A stretch of DNA of 63,316 nucleotides, counting the filler, from Octopus bimaculoides (taxonomy: Eukaryota), in NCBI RefSeq assembly GCF_001194135.2. It is 4 parts of 4 records of this genome, joined end to end, with 100 filler letters (N's around TTAATTAATTAA, not from the genome) between each part and the next. Parts side by side here need not be neighbours in the genome. Positions count along the whole stretch, not along the records: positions 1 to 24,032 come from NC_068981.1; 3 more parts are not named here. One strand, written 5' to 3'. The notes beneath the pieces were generated by a model. That model ran no database searches and was not told the DNA's origin. It worked only from the letters and a program-made list of their open reading frames with translations. The translations under genes were made by a program, and so were the position numbers. Shown in pieces: positions 1-12,251 of the stretch (positions are counted from its first letter, which is position 1; each line of letters starts with the position of its first letter).

Positions 1-241
1 TTTACATCGCGTGATTCCAGTTTCCTGGACAGTTGTCATCACGGTTGTTTTGTCATTGTCATTTCATTTATACATTGCATGTTCTGTGTTTTTTTCTCAC
101 ACACACACTTGTGCACTCATACATTTTCTTTCCTTTCAGGGAAAACAAACTCTCAAACTTTTACATCTCGTGATTCCAGTTTCCTGGACAGTTGTCATTA
201 CGGTTGTTTTGTCATTGTCATTTCATTTATACGTTGCATGC
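1..241. repeat. Direct duplication of an ~82-bp segment, period 159 bp
   Basis: tttacatc(g/t)cgtgattccagtttcctggacagttgtcat...ttgcatg occurs at 1-82 and 160-241 with few mismatches; the first copy may be cut by the window edge. Confidence 0.9.
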
Positions 242-651
242 ATGTATTTCACAAGTGTACATTTCATTTCTTTGAATTTTCTTTGTGTGTGTTTGTACCA
301 CATCTTGTGGGTGGTTTTTCAGTGGCCATCCTGCCTCAGGCGTTCTAACAGATTTTATTTATCGTGCGTTTCCGCTCTGGCGAGGGAGCTCTGTAGTAAC
401 GCCTGCGCATGCGTAGTCTTACGCATGCGTAGAATTAATAAAGCAAGCGTTTCCAGCAAAAATGTCTGATGGATCCCCAACTATACTCAGAGTAACATGC
501 AACTGATCATGTGCGAACACGTTAGTAGAATTGTAAAGTAATTAACTTCTTAAAATTTTACAACGAAGAACAAATATTTATTCGGAAGTACTCTTTTTAG
601 AGAAATAACAGATTCGTTTGTTTTTTTCTCACGCACAGACACACACACACA

Positions 652-687
<36 letters not shown>

Positions 688-995
688 TACATACATACGT
701 ACGTACATAAAGTAAAGGAGGAAGGTAGATTTGTGTAATAAAAAAAACAAAACAAAAAGAAACAAACAGTAAGAGAATGCTGCCGCTGCGTCGCTTACTT
801 GACTTAGGGAAATTATACTTCCTTCATTTATGACAAGCTGTTCAGTAATAAAATGTTTGAATAGAGGAATCTGAAGTGGATAGTGCACGAGTCATCTAGG
901 TTTCTTGTGTATTGGGTGATGGTGATACGAAAGACCATTTAGGACAACCCAGAATTTGAGAAATGGATACAAAAGAACCCATTACTGAATAGACT

Positions 996-3061
996 TGTAG
1001 CAGAATGGATTTGTAGTGAAACTACCTATCGTCACTAGATACAAAACTGCTATCGCCATTCTTCTCATTTAAATATAAACAAACGCGAGCGTAGCAGAGA
1101 ACCCAATCCTTGTCATCACGTGACTGATTATTATTCGAAGCGGCAACTTCTTCGAACCGTTCCCGCCAGAACGCAAACTGACCAATCACAGCCCCCTAAT
1201 AAGGTCACGTGATAGAGTATTTGTCTGAAGCCTTCGGGAGCCGATAGTTTGTTATAAATAGCTTTAACTCGGCGGCCAAATTCGTCTCGGTTCAGTTTCT
1301 CTTAGAGACTGTTCCGTGTACCACACGACAGCNNNNNNNNNNNNNNNNNNNNNNNNNNNNNNNNNNNNNNNNNNNNNNNNNNNNNNNNNNNNNNNNNNNN
1401 NNNNNNNNNNNNNNNNNNNNNNNNNNNNNNNNNNNNNNNNNNNNNNNNNNNNNNNNNNNNNNNNNNNNNNNNNNNNNNNNNNNNNNNNNNNNNNNNNNNN
1501 NNNNNNNNNNNNNNNNNNNNNNNNNNNNNNNNNNNNNNNNNNNNNNNNNNNNNNNNNNNNNNNNNNNNNNNNNNNNNNNNNNNNNNNNNNNNNNNNNNNN
1601 NNNNNNNNNNNNNNNNNNNNNNNNNNNNNNNNNNNNNNNNNNNNNNNNNNNNNNNNNNNNNNNNNNNNNNNNNNNNNNNNNNNNNNNNNNNNNNNNNNNN
1701 NNNNNNNNNNNNNNNNNNNNNNNNNNNNNNNNNNNNNNNNNNNNNNNNNNNNNNNNNNNNNNNNNNNNNNNNNNNNNNNNNNNNNNNNNNNNNNNNNNNN
1801 NNNNNNNNNNNNNNNNNNNNNNNNNNNNNNNNNNNNNNNNNNNNNNNNNNNNNNNNNNNNNNNNGCTCTGCCACACACAGCCTCCCCTCCTTTCACATAC
1901 ATACTCATACTAATGTGTACCTAAGAACTGGTATAAAATGCTCACGTGTTATTGACTCTCTTTCTATCTGTTGTAATAACTCATACACACACATGTATCA
2001 CTCACATACATACTTTTCTTTGTACGACGGCCTGTCTTTGATTATGTTCTTATATGTCGCATTCACACTCACTCACACAGACATACATCTTTAACGGTTA
2101 TTCATCTTATACGGTTGTAGTCTTTCATTACTGGTCATCTATGTTATCGTAGTATAACATATCATGTATATCATCTTTGATATATTAGTGTGTGTTCGAC
2201 CGTGTGACTCGTATAAATAAAAGGAGTCCTCTGTTTTTCCATTCGTCACCATATCTCCTTTTTGAGTTCGCACGGTCGTCCCTACAGATTGACAAAAGCA
2301 TAAATGACAAACTATTCTCTCTCCCTTTTATTTATAGTTGTTGTTTGGGCGTAGCAGAGAACACTTAGCTATAAAGATTATGTTTTAACCATTTGCTATG
2401 ATTGGTTAGTTTTTAGGCGCAATTTGTCCCCTAAACAATTACGCCAAATTACCTGGTCAACTAATTAGATGTGCTCAAATGGATCACGTGTTCTCTTGGC
2501 GGAAAAACCCTTTAACATCTCTGTGGAACCTAGCAATTTCCTTAAATAGATCAATTTTTTTTTTCTGCTTAGGGAGTCTAGCTTGCGTTGCCACCAGGAA
2601 GCCATTACTCGCTTTCTCCACTAAATTCATCACCGCCGATATCGCCGCTACCAGCTCTTACTGCATCTAACGCCGACAACGACATCATAATTCATCCACG
2701 CGTATGCAAACTCAACAAGTGAATATGACTTTTAGCATTCCCAAGAAACCTTTGTTCACCTTATTCGATCTTTAATGTCGTTTCACATTCATGTTGAATT
2801 ATGCAGCAATCTTATGTTCTCTTCATAGGACACTTGTAATGTATGTATTACCAGTTTTTTTTTTGGTATAGTAGACTTTTGCTATTCTTGTTTATGTCTC
2901 CACACGGACATGTATATTCTAACAAGTCGCTTCTTAAATTTTGCACCTCTCTTGTTCAATAAACGCTGAGTTAAACTTGCAAAGCTGTTTATTTTTCCCT
3001 TTCGATTTTTAATGTTTATTTTAACGGGTTAGCAAACTATCAGTTTGGTCTCTCTGCTAAA
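996..3061 (+). mobile_element. Solo LTR (outer), about 790 bp without the nested insert
   Basis: Begins TGTAGCAGAA and ends TCTGCTAAA (TCTGCTACA with one change). Flanks GACT/GATT act as a 4-bp TSD, and removing the element restores the array frame (cf. unit 6 gaagagaatagacaagaat). TATA-like ttaaata ~2542, AATAAA ~2959. Confidence 0.75.
1012..2286 (+). mobile_element. Solo LTR (inner, nested), Gypsy-like 4-bp TSD; contains an N gap at 1333-1863
   Basis: TGTAG...CTACA termini with perfect GATT TSD (1008-1011, 2287-2290); CCAAT at ~1182; TATAAATA at ~1253; AATAAA at ~2216. Start and end are homologous to 19669-20706. Confidence 0.9.
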
Positions 3062-3330
3062 GATTAGACATGAATACCAAGAACAGATGTGGAAGAGATT
3101 TCAAGTTTGGCGAAGAAATATGAATGAAGAGAATAGGACAAGGATATTTAGAACTGGTGTGTAACCATACAAGAGCATGACTAATAGCAAGTAAATAATC
3201 ACGAGGTACCATTTAGCATTAGTGATGTACATAGCATGTCCTCATCGTGAGGGACTGCAATATCACGGCGATGTCTTAAACTACTGCCAAAACGACAAAG
3301 TCACCGGATTTGGTAAACCAGCCTGTCTAA
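3062..3330 (+). pseudogene. STPR-repeat + Helitron-type Zn-motif unit 1 (its 5' part at ~925-995 is separated by nested LTRs)
   Basis: Translates across frameshifts to RHEYQEQMWKRFQVWRRNMNEENR...NHEVPFSI...CPHREGLQYHGDVLNYCQNDKV...VNQPV*; multiple stops and frameshifts. Confidence 0.8.
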
Positions 3331-4183
3331 ACTCGATGCAGCACTTTGAAGTTAGCAGTAAGAAATGAATGAAAGAATCACGAAATAACAGGATATGATT
3401 ATCAACAGGCTTAATGTTTATGAGTGACACTTTATCTTAAATATGAGTGGTAGAGTTTACACGTGTGAGCAAATAGTTTTTCTATTTTTACATATTAATA
3501 TACAAATTAATTAGTCAAATGTTTCTTAAAGCAGGAAGATGCAAATGTTTGTTGGTTTTGAAATGTTTGTATTATGACGTAATAAACTATCACATTTTCG
3601 CAACCCAAACTTGTTTGTCATCTTTTATATGATAGGAGAAGCTCTCGACACATCTCCAGAAATTCGCTCCAGAGAATCACGACATCTGTGACGACAACGG
3701 ATATCAATTTTCGTTCGAATGATTAAAAGATATCTGTTTGAAGTCTTTACCGGAGGGGAAATATTTCGTCAATACTTGCAATTAACATCAAAAATTTTAT
3801 AGCAATCGGGAAGAATGAGTAAAGCTAGAAGAAATAACTCAACTAGTAATAAAGAAGTTGGTTGGTTGCGCTTGCTCACACACGTACATAGAACGACATA
3901 AATACTTTCACATACGCGAACATTTACCACGGCAAACACATCAATACATAGACACACATTAAAACGTTTAGCAACACTTAGTAGCATACAAACAAATTAA
4001 CTTTGGCAAAAGGAAGTTGAATATGGACAGAGTGTGACCGTTGTTTTATACCCGGAATAAGTATTATTTTGTTTCAGTGGAATATATATTCAACAAAGAA
4101 TTAAACAATAGAAATGTAAAAAATATTGAAATAAGAAAGAATTTGATAAATCAAAATACATATTAATCTTTATTTGATTTTTG

Positions 4184-4492
4184 CTTGCTTCCCAACTACA
4201 TGGTTCCGGGTTCAGTCTCACTGCGTGGTACCTTGGGCAAGTGTCTACAACTATAGTCTCGGGCCGATCAAAACCTTGTGAGTGGATTTGGTAGACGGAA
4301 ACTGAAAGAAGTTCGTCGTGTGTGTGTGTATGTATACATCTGTGTGTGTATGTCTTTATGTCTGTCCCCCACCACCGCTTGGCATGCAGTATGTTGGTAT
4401 GTTTACGTCCTCGTAACTTAGGGGTTCGGCAAAAGAGACCAATAGAATAAGTATTATTTCTCTTTCAAATGACTGAAACAAGTACAAAAGAT
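4184..4492 (+). mobile_element. tRNA-derived SINE family A (CORE-like), 5'-truncated
   Basis: gcttgcttcccaac...ggttcagtc...accttgggcaagtg...central (TG)n...caaatgactgaaacaagta; shared with more than ten copies in the window. Confidence 0.9.
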
Positions 4493-6208
4493 ATAGAACA
4501 TTATATGCAGAAAACAAGATATTTTTATAATTGGATGCATCTGCAATAATGCTCTTGTTATAATAAATTGACTTTGTTCATCGAAAATCTTTACGTTTGA
4601 TGGATCCTCAACATAAGACTGACCATGTGTGAGCTTAAGAAGTATTGTAAAGAAAATAACTTATTAAAATTTTACAGGGAAAACGAAAATTCTTTCGTTT
4701 CCTTTACAGAGAAATATAAACTATTTATATTTTAATAAACTCTTCGTAATTTCCTTTATAAAAATGTGTGACTGTATATCCTGGATACAGAGTTTTACCT
4801 ATTACAAGCAATGTAAATTCTTTGTTACTTATTATATTACTGAGTTTGATATGTGGGACAATATTCATATTTCAAGACTGCAAGAATTGAATTAAAGCTA
4901 TTTTGTCACAAATATGGGATGTAAAATTTCTGTGTGTACTGGTAGTGTGTTTTTTCTTTTTACTTTAATATGTATTTTGCTGGTAACCAAATATTTTGTA
5001 AAGTTATTATGACGTAATAATGGGCACGTTTTCGGAACTCAAACTTCTTTGTTTATCTTTCATATCTTCAATGTTCAGGGCCATTTGAATTATATTTGAT
5101 TACATTAAATCTCAGGTAACATTTGATACCAATATGGTAGATGGTCATGGAAGTGGGTCTATGACCAACAGATCATTTTCCAACGCTCTACCAGTCCCAA
5201 CCCCTTCGAAATTAAAATAACTAAATTGTGCGATACCTAAAACTGTTTTACCTGGCATAATGATACGTAAAAATACACACACATAAGTAAACATACGCAC
5301 GCACACACACGTACACACACACATACACACAAACATACACACAAATACATAAATATGATCGTATACACACATGAAAGCTCATTGTAAAAATGTTTTGCAG
5401 AGATTAGTAATATATAAACAAAAAGCAATTCTTAAAAAAAGAGATATGAATAAAAAAAAAAAAATCATGACGTCTTTTTTTCCCCTAACCATAACTTCAT
5501 GTCTAAAATATCTGTAACCGTATGTCCAGAATACGGAATTTCTTCAACTATCTATATATTAATTGACTCCTAACTTATTTCCTGAAACATGTGTAACGGA
5601 TACAGTTTTGAACCTTCTGTCTGAGGTGATGCACATACTTGGGTGAGTTCATCGACACTTCAACCAACACAATAACTCAACCACATATTTACAAATACCA
5701 GGAACTCTCCTAAATTAAAAGTGTTGTCGCTTTGTTAGCGACCTGCTTGAATTCTCTTAAGAACTTAAATAAAATCTCAAAGAAAAACTAAACATACATA
5801 CGTAAAGAGAGAGAGAGAGGGGGGGGGAGAGGTGTGTATATTTCTTAAAAGAGAGATGACAAAATTTCGGAACGCAAACTTATTCGTTCATCTTTTAAAT
5901 GATACGAAAAGCTATTTCCAAGAATTCGCTCCAGAGAATCGTGATATCTGTGTTGACAACTGATGTTCGAATGATTAAAAGATATCTGTTTGAAATATCC
6001 TGGAGGAAGGATTTTCTGATGGGGAAATATTTCATCAATATTTGCAATTTGCATCAAAAATTTAATAGCAGTCAGTAAAAATGTAGAAAGATAAAGCAAA
6101 AATTGTAACAAAGAAGTTAGCTGCTATGGTACAGCGCTCTCTCTTTCGGTTTCTCTCTCTCTTTCGGTTTCTCTCTCTCTCTCTCTCACACGCACGCACG
6201 CACGCACG

Positions 6209-6250
<42 letters not shown>

Positions 6251-6308
6251 GAACGACATAAATACTTACGCACACGTGAACATTTACCACAGCAAACACA
6301 CAAGTACA

Positions 6309-6465
6309 CGCACATCAATACATACACACACATCAATACATACACGTACATCAACACATACACACACATCAATACATACACACAAATCAATACATACACA
6401 CACACATCAATACATACACACAAATCAATACATACACACACACACACATCAATACATACACACAC
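6309..6465. repeat. Minisatellite (cacatcaatacata(ca)n) expanded inside an array module, preceded by CT/CA microsatellites at 6137-6247
   Basis: About 8-9 tandem copies of a 16-22 bp unit. Confidence 0.85.
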
Positions 6466-6498
6466 ATTAAAACTTTAGCGAGTGTTGGTTAAATGCAT

Positions 6499-7029
6499 TG
6501 TAGTTTAAGCCCTGATAATGTTGTCTTCTGGTTAATATAAGTCAGGATGAATATCAATAAGAAAATACAAAGGAAAGTTAAAGTTGATCGCACTGCAACA
6601 TTTATTTCCGTCGTTAAAGTAAATACATCAACTGGCACAACAAGTAGAACTCTGTTAAAAACATTAAATGGTTTCAACATGATTCTCGAAATTGAAGATA
6701 AGTGTTAGAAGAAACGCAAAACATAACGTCAAAGATTCTGGTCACAAATCTCTTCTCACTGCAGCTGCAAAGTGGAATACATTACTCTCATTGTCGAAGA
6801 TCCAACTCGCTCGTAGCCAACTGACCTCCTTCAGGAATTAGGGGAAAATCGTCCCTTAAATAGCTGATGTAGGAACGCTTGGCTAATCTGTCACGTAAAG
6901 GGGTGGACAATACATCACGTGACAAACCAAGAACGTGACCATCACGTGATAAACCAAAAATAGGTAGCGAAAAGTAAAGAGCAACAATGTGGGTACCTAG
7001 AGGTAAAGAGCAATCATGCTTCTGCTACA
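6499..7029 (-). mobile_element. Solo LTR, minus strand
   Basis: Minus strand starts TGTAGCAGAAG (same start as the 996 LTR) and ends AAACTACA; repeated CACGTG boxes, TATTTAAG, AATAAA. No TSD found (GCAT vs AAAC). Confidence 0.6.
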
Positions 7030-7577
7030 AAACGTTGATCAATACTCAATAACAAAATTAACTTTTGAAAAAGGAAGTCGAATCAGATTGTTTATACGTA
7101 CTAGTGTACGATTCGTTGGTTTATACTCAGAGTAAGTATTATTTTTTATATCATTGAAATATATATTCAACAAAGAATTAACTAAAACGATATTGAAATA
7201 AAAGAAACATTTTATAAATCTAAATACATACCAATTCTTATTTGAATTTTTTTCATGTACAACATTATATGCAAGAAACCACAAAAAATTTACACAATCA
7301 AACAATGTCTGTATATATGCAAAGTTTTTTTGTGAATTTTCTCATTTTCATAATTGGGACGTCTCTGGAATAATCCTCTTGTTATACTAAATTGACTTTG
7401 TCCATCAAAAGTCTTTACGTCTGATGGATCCTCAACATACAACTAACCATGTGTGAACATGATAATATTGTAAAGAAACTTATTGAAATTTTATAGCGAT
7501 AAACAAATATTTATTCGTACGTTTCTTTTCAGAGAAATGTAAAGTAAGAAATTCGTTATTTTCACACACACGTAGAA

Positions 7578-7628
<51 letters not shown>

Positions 7629-7924
7629 TGGATGGATCGATAGATGGAGAAAGAAAGAGGAAGAGAGAGAAAGACATAGAGATGAAAAACAGTGACAGAA
7701 GATCTCTTGGTCGCTTGTTTGATTTTGTGAAACTACACGTTCTTTATTCATGAATTTTTTGAATGGAGGAAATTGATATGGATAGTGTCAGAGTTGTCTA
7801 GCTTACTTATGTATATTGGGAGAGAGATAGTGGTGAAAACAGTAAGAGACCGACAAAGACGAAGAGAGAGAGAGAGAGAGATAGTGAGAAAGAGAGAGAG
7901 AGTGTACATGTGTGAGGGAAGGAA

Positions 7925-8135
7925 GCTAATAGGAAGAGAATGAGAATTGTTAATAAAAAGAAATATGAACGATGATGTTAGGGAAGAATATTTAGCACAA
8001 GTAAGAATCAGTGAACTGTCTATAAGAAAAAGAGAACACATGACCAAAGAGAATGGACAAGAATACCTAGAACAAATGAAGACTAGATTTCAGAATTTCA
8101 GACTTGTAGAGGAAATATGAATGAAGGAGATAGAT
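7925..8135 (+). pseudogene. STPR-repeat unit 2 (truncated before the Zn motif)
   Basis: NMNDDVREEYLAQVRI...MTKENGQEYLEQMKTRFQ...RGNMNEG, cut off by the cagtggttctc insertion. Confidence 0.75.
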
Positions 8136-8290
8136 CAGTGGTTCTCGACTGCGGCTCTCAGGGCTCCATGCATCCTTCCGGCGACCCTCGACGTTCTTCC
8201 TACTATTGTTATAACCAGTTTTAAGGCGGCGAGGCATAATTGTTCGATAGTTATTAAATGAAGTCACTATTTACAGATGCTTACGTTTTT
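8136..8290 (+). mobile_element. Probable hAT-type non-autonomous transposon 5' end
   Basis: Starts CAGTGGTTCTC, a common hAT-MITE terminus, exactly where array homology breaks; no matching right TIR seen. Confidence 0.4.
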
Positions 8291-9033
8291 TATATTTTCC
8301 GTGAAGTTTTCACGGGTCCAGCTAGCTTACATATTAATAAAGTCTCCCTAAATTCCTTTGTAAAGACAAATGTTTAACGGTATATCATTGATACAAAGTT
8401 TTCAGTTTGATATGTTACGTGGGTCAGTGATCATATTTTAAGACTACGGAATTGAATTAAAGCTAGAAATAAAATGTTTATGGGACATGGAACTTGCATG
8501 TGGATTGATAGCGTTTTTTTAAAAATATTTATTAATATATATTATGTAAATAGTTGAGTATATTTTATTTTTAAAAAAATGTTGAAGGAAGCCGCCTTTG
8601 AAATGCTATCATTACGTGATAATGGTCACGTTTTCGGAACCCAAACTTTTTTGTTTATCGTTCATATCTTCAATGTTCGATTAAATACTACCATTTAAAT
8701 TACATGCACTGTTCTTTATATCAAATGTTAGGCATTAGTTGAGACCAATATGATAGCTGGTCAACAAAGTGAGTTTACAATCTCAAAGTCATACTCCGAC
8801 GTTCCACCAACCCGAATCAAAATAACTGAATTGTATGATGTCCAGAACAGGACTTTTTCCTGGTATAAACTTATATAAAAGAACGTACACACACAAACAC
8901 ACAACCCACAAAGAAACTCATACTCGAAACATATAAATACTGACGGACACACATAAATATATCTAAATACGCTCACATAACACTTATGAACACTCACTTC
9001 AAAAATGTTTTGCAATGTTTAGTACATATAAAC

Positions 9034-10790
9034 TGTTGTGGCGAGGGTCACGACACATCCGGCGGGAATAGACTGAACGAACGACTACAAATAATAGCGG
9101 TCTGAGTGAGATAGAGACAGAGCAGGCGTTAATCTTTGTCGTGTGTCGGTGTTTTCTGTTTCGATCCCTGCTAGACGTGAGTCATATTGTTGATTATTTG
9201 TTGAAGGTCTCCCCACGTGGGTATACCTACGATTGTTGATTGTTGAAATTGCTGTTACTGTTGTTTGAATAAGATATTGTTGAATTGTGTTTGTTTTCGT
9301 CCCATTTATGGGAGAGATGGAGCAAGTACCAGCGGGAAGCCACAGCTATGCGGCGGCAACTGGTAGAGAAATAGACGCTGAAGCTTTGGAGGTTCGTGAA
9401 GTGAAGGTTGAGCCGAGGAAGCTGAAAGAATGTGGAAAGTTGTTGGAAAAGGAGGGCAACACGTTGAAATTAACGACGCCAGTGGAACTGACAAACAGTG
9501 TGAAAAAAAAAAACGGTGATATATAAAGCACTGAGGTTGTCAACCGGGAGGAGAGAAGTAGCAACTATGGAAGCTATCGAAAATTGCTTAAAGAAGGTTA
9601 GAAGGCTCACCACGTTCATTACACGAGGAGGGAGGTGTGGAACAGTGGGGGTGCGATTCGCGACGGAAGCCGAAACGATGAAGCACTCCACCGAGGCCAT
9701 GAGAACGGAAGAATGGGTAGTTTTACCATCGTACTGTGACAAGCGTGTTGCCAGGGTGAGAGTGGGCAAAGTGCCCCCCAAAATTAATGAAGCGTGGCTG
9801 GTAGCAGCCATAATGTTTAACATGGAGGAAGAAACCAAAATGCTTAAAGTGGCGAGAACCAAAAGGTTGAATTGATGGGGGTGTGGCGTAGAGGTGGCCA
9901 TACAAGCGAGTTTGAATGATCTGGACAGAATTGCGGAGGAGGTGATTCTGCCCGAGGATGTGGAGCTGGGAGTGGTGGTGGAGGGTAGGCCTCCCATATG
10001 CTACTTATGTGGGGAGAAGGGTCATATGGGGGCGAGGTGCCCTCAGAGAGAAAAAGAAGAACAACAGATGGAACAGCCTGAGGAGCGGAAGAGGGTGGAC
10101 AGGGTGGTGCATGACGGTGTGAAGGAGGCGGCGGGAACAGGGGTACGTTCACAATAGTCAGAAAGCGAGGGGAGGTGAAGGAGTGGGCTCTCCGCCGGAG
10201 AGGCGGAGAGNNNNNNNNNNNNNNNNNNNNNNNNNNNNNNNNNNNNNNNNNNNNNNNNNNNNNNNNNNNNNNNNNNNNNNNNNNNNNNNNNNNNNNNNNN
10301 NNNNNNNNNNNNNNNNNNNNNNNNNNNNNNNNNNNNNNNNNNNNNNNNNNNNNNNNNNNNNNNNNNNNNNNNNNNNNNNNNNNNNNNNNNNNNNNNNNNN
10401 NNNNNNNNNNNNNNNNNNNNNNNNNNNNNNNNNNNNNNNNNNNNNNNNNNNNNNNNNNNNNNNNNNNNNNNNNNNNNNNNNNNNNNNNNNNNNNNNNNNN
10501 NNNNNNNNNNNNNNNNNNNNNCACGGGTGAAGTTTCGTCACATGCGCTGGGAGCGCGGAAACAGAGAAAGATAATGAAGTTCGAATCCATTGTGGGGGCG
10601 GAGTTGCCTACGGATATTTGCTCGGAGGGTGTGAGGGCTGTTGTAGTCGGTAAGGATAGATATAACAGGCTGGGGGAGGTGTGTGGAGGGGGCGTTGGTC
10701 CGCCGGGAGTTGTGGTGGTAAAAAAAAAATAACACAGCCATATGATTTTAAGAACCCCCCCCCTTTAAAAACAGGAATCATCTGAAGCAG
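9034..10790 (+). mobile_element. L1/Tx1-type retrotransposon ORF1 (RRM-like region + CCHC zinc knuckle), no ORF2 present
   Basis: ORF pieces 9314-9526, 9516-9875, 9894-10157 and post-gap to 10732 join into one protein with RVARVRVGKVPPKI and ...VVVEGRPPI-CYLCGEKGHMGARC (CX2CX4HX4C). Lesions: A11 run 9503-9513, TGA 9873, TAG 10155. About 280 bp of 5' leader; gap at 10211-10521. Confidence 0.85.
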
Positions 10791-11074
10791 TTCACAACCA
10801 CCAACATCATCAGCAGCATCATTGTCTTTGCTTCCACTTCAACCACATACACCGCCATCAACGTTATCATGACGGTTACCTTGACAGTCACTTTCACCAC
10901 CACAACCAGTATAACCACTGCAATACCACCATCATACAACTAACACTATCATCAACACCACTATTACCACATCTTCACTTTCTTCGTAAAGTATGTGTAT
11001 GTAACGGAGTGTTTTACCAAGAATTATATCAACTGCTTCATAAATAATTTATTACCAAATCGGAGCTTTGTGTG

Positions 11075-11540
11075 CTTTGAGGGGGACAATGATAACATAG
11101 AGAGAGAGAGAGAAGGAAAAGCATGAAATTTATGCAAGAAATGCAACTTAAAGGTGTCGCATGACAAATAAGAATCAAAGTTAATAGGGAAAATATGAAA
11201 GATGATGATGATACGAAAGACCAATCAAGAATTAGTGAAATGGCTAGAAAAGAAAAGATTACTGAATAGAACAGGCATGAATACCGAGAACAGATGCGGA
11301 ACAGATTTCAGGCTTGGAGGGAAATGACGAGGTCAGATAGTAATATTTATAAATGGCGCGTAATCATACCTGTGTAAGAATAGAAGCAAGTAAATCACGA
11401 GATAAGGATGTTATACTAAAGCATTGGAGCGATGTATATAACATCCTTGTAGTGGTGGTCAACGATATCACAGTGAAGCCGTAAACTGCTGCTAAAACGG
11501 CAGAGATAAGTTACTAGATTTAGCAAACTAGCCTGTCTAA
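11075..11540 (+). pseudogene. STPR + Zn-motif unit 3a
   Basis: ...RISEMARKEKITE*NRHEYREQMRNRFQAWRE...SIGAMYI...YHSEAVNCC*NGRDKLLDLAN*PV*. Confidence 0.8.
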
Positions 11541-11544
11541 ATGT

Positions 11545-12022
11545 AGAAGAGATTTCAGGATTGGAGAAGAAATGTGAATGAAGACGATAAACAAGGATAT
11601 TTAGAACATGAGCATAAATAAAGCAAGAGTACAAAAAATAGTAGTAAATAATCATTTATTATTTTCCTTTCTACTCTAGGCACAAGGCGCAAAATTTTTG
11701 GGGAGGGAGCCAGTCGATTACATCGACCCCAGTACGCAACTGGTACTTAATTTATCGACTCCGAATGGATGAAAGGCAAAGTCGACCTCGGCGGAATTTG
11801 AACTCAGAACATAAAAACAGGCGAAATACCGCTAAGCATTTCTGCCGGCGTGCTAACGCTTCTGCCAGCTCGCTGCCTTATGCGATGCCATTTATTATTG
11901 GAGGAATGAATGAATAAATATAACGCCTTTATTGTGGTGCTCTGCGATACGGCAGTATAGTCTTAAACTGCAACTAGAACAGCAAAGTTAACCCAACGGA
12001 TTTAGTAAACCAGCCCGTCTAA
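11545..12022 (+). pseudogene. STPR + Zn-motif unit 3b (partial tandem re-duplication, split by a SINE)
   Basis: Restarts mid-repeat (gaagagatttcaggattggagaagaaat); after the SINE reads MPFIIGGMNE...YCGALRYG..LNCN*NSKVNPTDLVNQPV*. Confidence 0.8.
11663..11878 (-). mobile_element. tRNA-derived SINE family B
   Basis: Minus strand: ggcagcgagctggcagaagcgttagcacgcc...gagttcaaattccgccgaggtcgactttgcctttcatcc...gataaattaagtaccag...ccttgtgcctagagtagaaag; A and B boxes visible. Confidence 0.95.
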
Positions 12023-12251
12023 GCTCAATGCTGTACTTTTCAAATAAGCAGCAATAAATAAATCAAAGCGTCACGAATATGACACGATATTATTTTCGGT
12101 TGGGGTGAAATGCTTATGGCCGACACTTTACTACAAATACGTGTTGAAGAACTTCCACGATTGAGAAAGTTTTTTTTTATGTCTGTTATCTATTTATTTA
12201 TTTTTTTGTAATATTCATTTTGTAATATTTATTTATTGTAATAATCATATA

